Under the pieces are notes generated by a model. That model worked only from the letters and a program-made list of their open reading frames with translations. It searched no databases and was not told the origin of the DNA. Shown in pieces: positions 61,484 through 64,000 of a DNA stretch of 64,000 nucleotides (positions are counted from its first letter, which is position 1; each line of letters starts with the position of its first letter). Origin of the DNA: an uncultured Desulfohalobiaceae bacterium (lineage in GTDB: Bacteria > Desulfobacterota > Desulfovibrionia > Desulfovibrionales > Desulfothermaceae); NCBI GenBank assembly GCA_964619345.1, contig CAZUER010000002.1, positions 15,011 to 79,010 on the forward strand. The letters are read 5' to 3'. The translations under genes were made by a program, and so were the position numbers.

Positions 61484-62842
61484 ATGCCTTATCTATCCTT
61501 GGCCAAAAACCATCTTTTTCTTTGTGTAGCAGTACTTATCATTGTACTTGCCGGACATTGCCCCTCTGGGTATGCCACAGATTCGATATGGGCACCGCCG
61601 CAGCTGGAGCAGCTCATAAACGAGGCTCTGCAGAACAACCGTTCCATTCTGAGCAAGGCCGCCCGGGCCGAAGCTCTTCAAGCTCGCGTCCCGGCTGCGG
61701 CCTCGCTTCCGGACCCAAAAATCGGTTTCGCTGTTCAGAGTCTGCCTACAGACAGCTTTGCCTTTGATCAGGAACCCATGACCCAGAAGCAGGTCTTCGT
61801 GGAGCAAGCTGTGCCCTGGTTGTCCAAGTTGAACCTCAGATCCGATGCTGCAGCCTGGGAGGCTGCGGGAAAAAAAGCCGAGCTGGAGACTGCCAGGCTG
61901 GAGCTGGCCAGAGAGGTGGCTGAGACCTGGTATGAGCTGGGATATATTGTTGATAGCCAGCGGATAAATAAGGAACTCGTTGAACTGATGGTCCGCATCA
62001 GGCGGGATGCCGAAAGCCGATACGCAGTGGGCGGCGGACAGCAGCAGGACATTTTCCAGGCTGAAGTGGAGCTTTCACGTCTGGAAGATGAGGCCATTAG
62101 GCTTGAATACCGCAGAGAGAGCATGCAGGACCGGCTGCATGAACTGACCAATCGGGAACGCTACCAGGCCATTGACCCTCCTTCTCATCTGCCGGAGCCG
62201 GAGTTTCGCTTTTCCGCCCCAGCCCTGGCCGAAGAGGCCTTGGCCAAAAATCCGATAGTCAAAGGTCTGCAGGCGACCATGAACAGGGCCAAGTCTGAAA
62301 CCGATTTGGCGGAAAATGAGTATTACCCGGACTTCAGTTTCCGCCTCAGCTATGGACAACGCGATCATGATTTCAACGGCAGGGATCTGCCGGATTTTAT
62401 CTCCGCAGCCGTGGCCATAGAAATCCCCCTGTGGCACAAAAAGAAGCAGTCCAATGAGCTAGCGGCAGCCATGCACGACCAGCGCTTTGCCCAAAATCGG
62501 TACCAGGATCTCAAGATCCGGATTCCATACAAGATCAATTCCCTGATCTCGGAAATAGAAGATACTGCCCGGAGGTATCGATTGTATACCCAAGAGCTTA
62601 TACCCCAGTCTGGACAGTGGGCGCGTTCAGCACTGGATGCATACCAGGTGGGCAAGGTGGAGTTCGACACAATGATCAATGCTCGTATCCGGGTACTGAG
62701 GTACAGGCAAGAGGCCAGCAGACTCGTGTACACTGCTTACCAGAAAAGGGCGGAGCTTGAGGCCTTGATAGGTGGAAAGGCTGAAAAGTACCAAGAAAAA
62801 GAGTTTCCCACATCCGGTGGAAAATCCGATGCAGAGCAGTAA
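61484..62842 (+). CDS. TolC/CusC-family outer-membrane efflux protein
   Basis: Signal peptide followed by two repeats of the long helical OEP pattern (LEQLINEALQNN..., LAEEALAKNP...). It lies upstream of an RND adaptor. Confidence 0.85.
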   Translation: MPYLSLAKNHLFLCVAVLIIVLAGHCPSGYATDSIWAPPQLEQLINEALQNNRSILSKAARAEALQARVPAAASLPDPKIGFAVQSLPTDSFAFDQEPMTQKQVFVEQAVPWLSKLNLRSDAAAWEAAGKKAELETARLELAREVAETWYELGYIVDSQRINKELVELMVRIRRDAESRYAVGGGQQQDIFQAEVELSRLEDEAIRLEYRRESMQDRLHELTNRERYQAIDPPSHLPEPEFRFSAPALAEEALAKNPIVKGLQATMNRAKSETDLAENEYYPDFSFRLSYGQRDHDFNGRDLPDFISAAVAIEIPLWHKKKQSNELAAAMHDQRFAQNRYQDLKIRIPYKINSLISEIEDTARRYRLYTQELIPQSGQWARSALDAYQVGKVEFDTMINARIRVLRYRQEASRLVYTAYQKRAELEALIGGKAEKYQEKEFPTSGGKSDAEQ

Positions 62843-64000
62843 AAAAACTTACGTGTCCGGACACGTTTCACTTTCGGTGATCATTCTCACCGCATGTATT
62901 ACCCTTGCCCTGGCCGGATCTGCCACCTGGTATGCAGGTCTGCTCAATTTGTCAGGTCATGAGCATCAGGAGATGGCAAAAGACAAGGAGTCCATCCAGT
63001 ATACGTGCAGCATGCATCCCCAGGTGGTTCAGGATCAGCCCGGGAACTGCCCCATCTGCGGCATGGAGCTTGTGCCCAAGGACACTGTGGAAGAAGAGGG
63101 CACAAAAGAAGGGGAGAGGGAAATCGCGTATTGGCGGGCCCCCATGAATCCACAAGAAATCTATGACCAACCGGGTAAAAGCGCCATGGGCATGGATCTG
63201 GAACCGGTTTACGAAGACGAGCTTGTGGGCGGGGTAAATATCTCCATCGATCCGGTCATGGAACAAAACATGGGGATTCGCACAGCATCTGTTGAAAAGG
63301 GGACCCTTGAGCATACCATCCGCACTTATGGGCACGTGACCTATGACGAGACAAAGATGGCCCAGGTCAACATCAGATTCAGCGGCTGGATCGAGAAGCT
63401 GTATGTTGATTTCACCGGCGCGCGGGTCAAAAAAGGTGAACCTATGTTCAATTTTTACTCCCCGGAACTGATCACCGCTCAGCAGGATCTGCTGGAAGCG
63501 AACCGCAATTATCGCCGCCGGCCCGGTGATACCTCCAAGAGAATGCTCGATTCAGTCAAAAGCCGACTTCGCTTCTACAATATCGCCACCTCGGAAATCC
63601 AGGAAATCATAAATAGAAATGAGATAAAGCACGCATTGACCATCCGTTCTCCCTACACCGGGGTGGTCACAGATAAAAACGTCCAGGAAGGCGATTTTGT
63701 CAAGTCCGGGGTCACTATCTATGAAATCGCGGATCTTTCCAGCGTTTGGGTGGAAGCCCATATTTACGAATATGAGCTGGCCCGGGTCACAAAGGGGCAA
63801 AAGGCGGAAATGACCCTGCCTTATCTGCCTGGAAAAAAATACACCGGACAGGTGGCCTACATCTATCCCTATCTCCAGCGCAAGACCAGAGACGTGGTTG
63901 TCCTCCTGGATTTTGCCAATCCAGACCTGTTTTTAAAGCCGGACATGTACGGCGATGTCCGGATCAGCACAGGCAAGGATGAAAGGGGTATCCATGTGCC
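62829..64000 (+). CDS. CusB-like RND/heavy-metal efflux periplasmic adaptor with an N-terminal metal-binding domain (partial; runs off the window)
   Basis: Not in the ORF track because it has no stop within the window. ATG 62829 overlaps the upstream stop. The minus... plus-strand frame reads ...YTCSMHPQVVQDQPGNCPICGMELVP..., then YWRAPMNPQEIYDQPGKSAMGMDLEPVY, then the membrane-fusion lipoyl/beta-barrel blocks. Confidence 0.85.
   Translation, partial: MQSSKKTYVSGHVSLSVIILTACITLALAGSATWYAGLLNLSGHEHQEMAKDKESIQYTCSMHPQVVQDQPGNCPICGMELVPKDTVEEEGTKEGEREIAYWRAPMNPQEIYDQPGKSAMGMDLEPVYEDELVGGVNISIDPVMEQNMGIRTASVEKGTLEHTIRTYGHVTYDETKMAQVNIRFSGWIEKLYVDFTGARVKKGEPMFNFYSPELITAQQDLLEANRNYRRRPGDTSKRMLDSVKSRLRFYNIATSEIQEIINRNEIKHALTIRSPYTGVVTDKNVQEGDFVKSGVTIYEIADLSSVWVEAHIYEYELARVTKGQKAEMTLPYLPGKKYTGQVAYIYPYLQRKTRDVVVLLDFANPDLFLKPDMYGDVRISTGKDERGIHV

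Noticed and set aside
1-64000. CRISPR arrays, rRNA/tRNA genes, IS elements, integrases, prophage or classic defence systems
   Set aside because: Reading both strands I found no regularly spaced direct repeats, no tRNA-like cloverleaf candidates, and no transposase, integrase, Cas or restriction-modification signatures. The only repeats are the short dispersed families described above.

Overview
The window looks like ordinary chromosome from an anaerobic, sulfate-reducer-like Deltaproteobacterium (Desulfobacterota). I infer this from desulforedoxin, rubrerythrin, a SahR-AhcY pair, a WtpA-type tungstate transporter, FixABCX plus 2-oxoacid:ferredoxin oxidoreductase, and a predicted selenoprotein. 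I can support about 60 protein genes. No rRNA, tRNA, CRISPR array, transposase or prophage is visible. All protein-family calls come from reading motifs by eye; I ran no database search.

Layout:
- 1-23.1 kb is a large metal or tetrapyrrole uptake region. It holds two TonB-dependent receptors and a Wtp-type oxyanion ABC importer preceded by two different binding proteins. It also holds a ModE-N-terminal-only regulator, two FecBCD/BtuFCD-type importers and a P-loop NTPase. A divergent CcsA/ResB-like membrane pair sits among these, followed by a Vibrio-TonB2-like energiser set (TPR, DUF3450, long MotA/ExbB, ExbB, ExbD, TonB).
- 23.2-25.4 kb carries sahR-ahcY.
- 25.4-26.4 kb has no good protein-coding signal. 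It contains a roughly 300-nt GC-rich, helix-rich candidate RNA next to an AT-rich islet.
- 26.4-38.8 kb carries lipid and redox genes, including a thioredoxin-fold gene with an in-frame UGA.
- 38.9-45.2 kb carries fixABCX-korAB.
- 45.4-55.3 kb carries a di-haem peroxidase and two hybrid histidine kinases. These are followed by an unusual operon: Hsp20-like, proteasome-beta-like, receiver, RsbW-like kinase.
- 55.8-59.5 kb carries a radical-SAM gene, a truncated CysRS paralogue, a PRTase and a PRC-barrel protein.
- 59.8-61.2 kb is a rubrerythrin/desulforedoxin cluster.
- 61.5 kb to the end is a CusCB-like efflux system.

Several short dispersed intergenic repeat families run through the window. 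The clearest is a hairpin that abuts stop codons, followed by a TCAGAGG tract.

The candidates I consider most worth following:
1. The sHSP-like / proteasome-like / phosphorelay operon.
2. The selenoprotein that the ORF track misses.
3. The CysRS-like ligase.
4. The orphan AEP-primase-like protein.
5. The CcsA/ResB-like pair inside the uptake locus.
6. The unclassified structured-RNA candidate.
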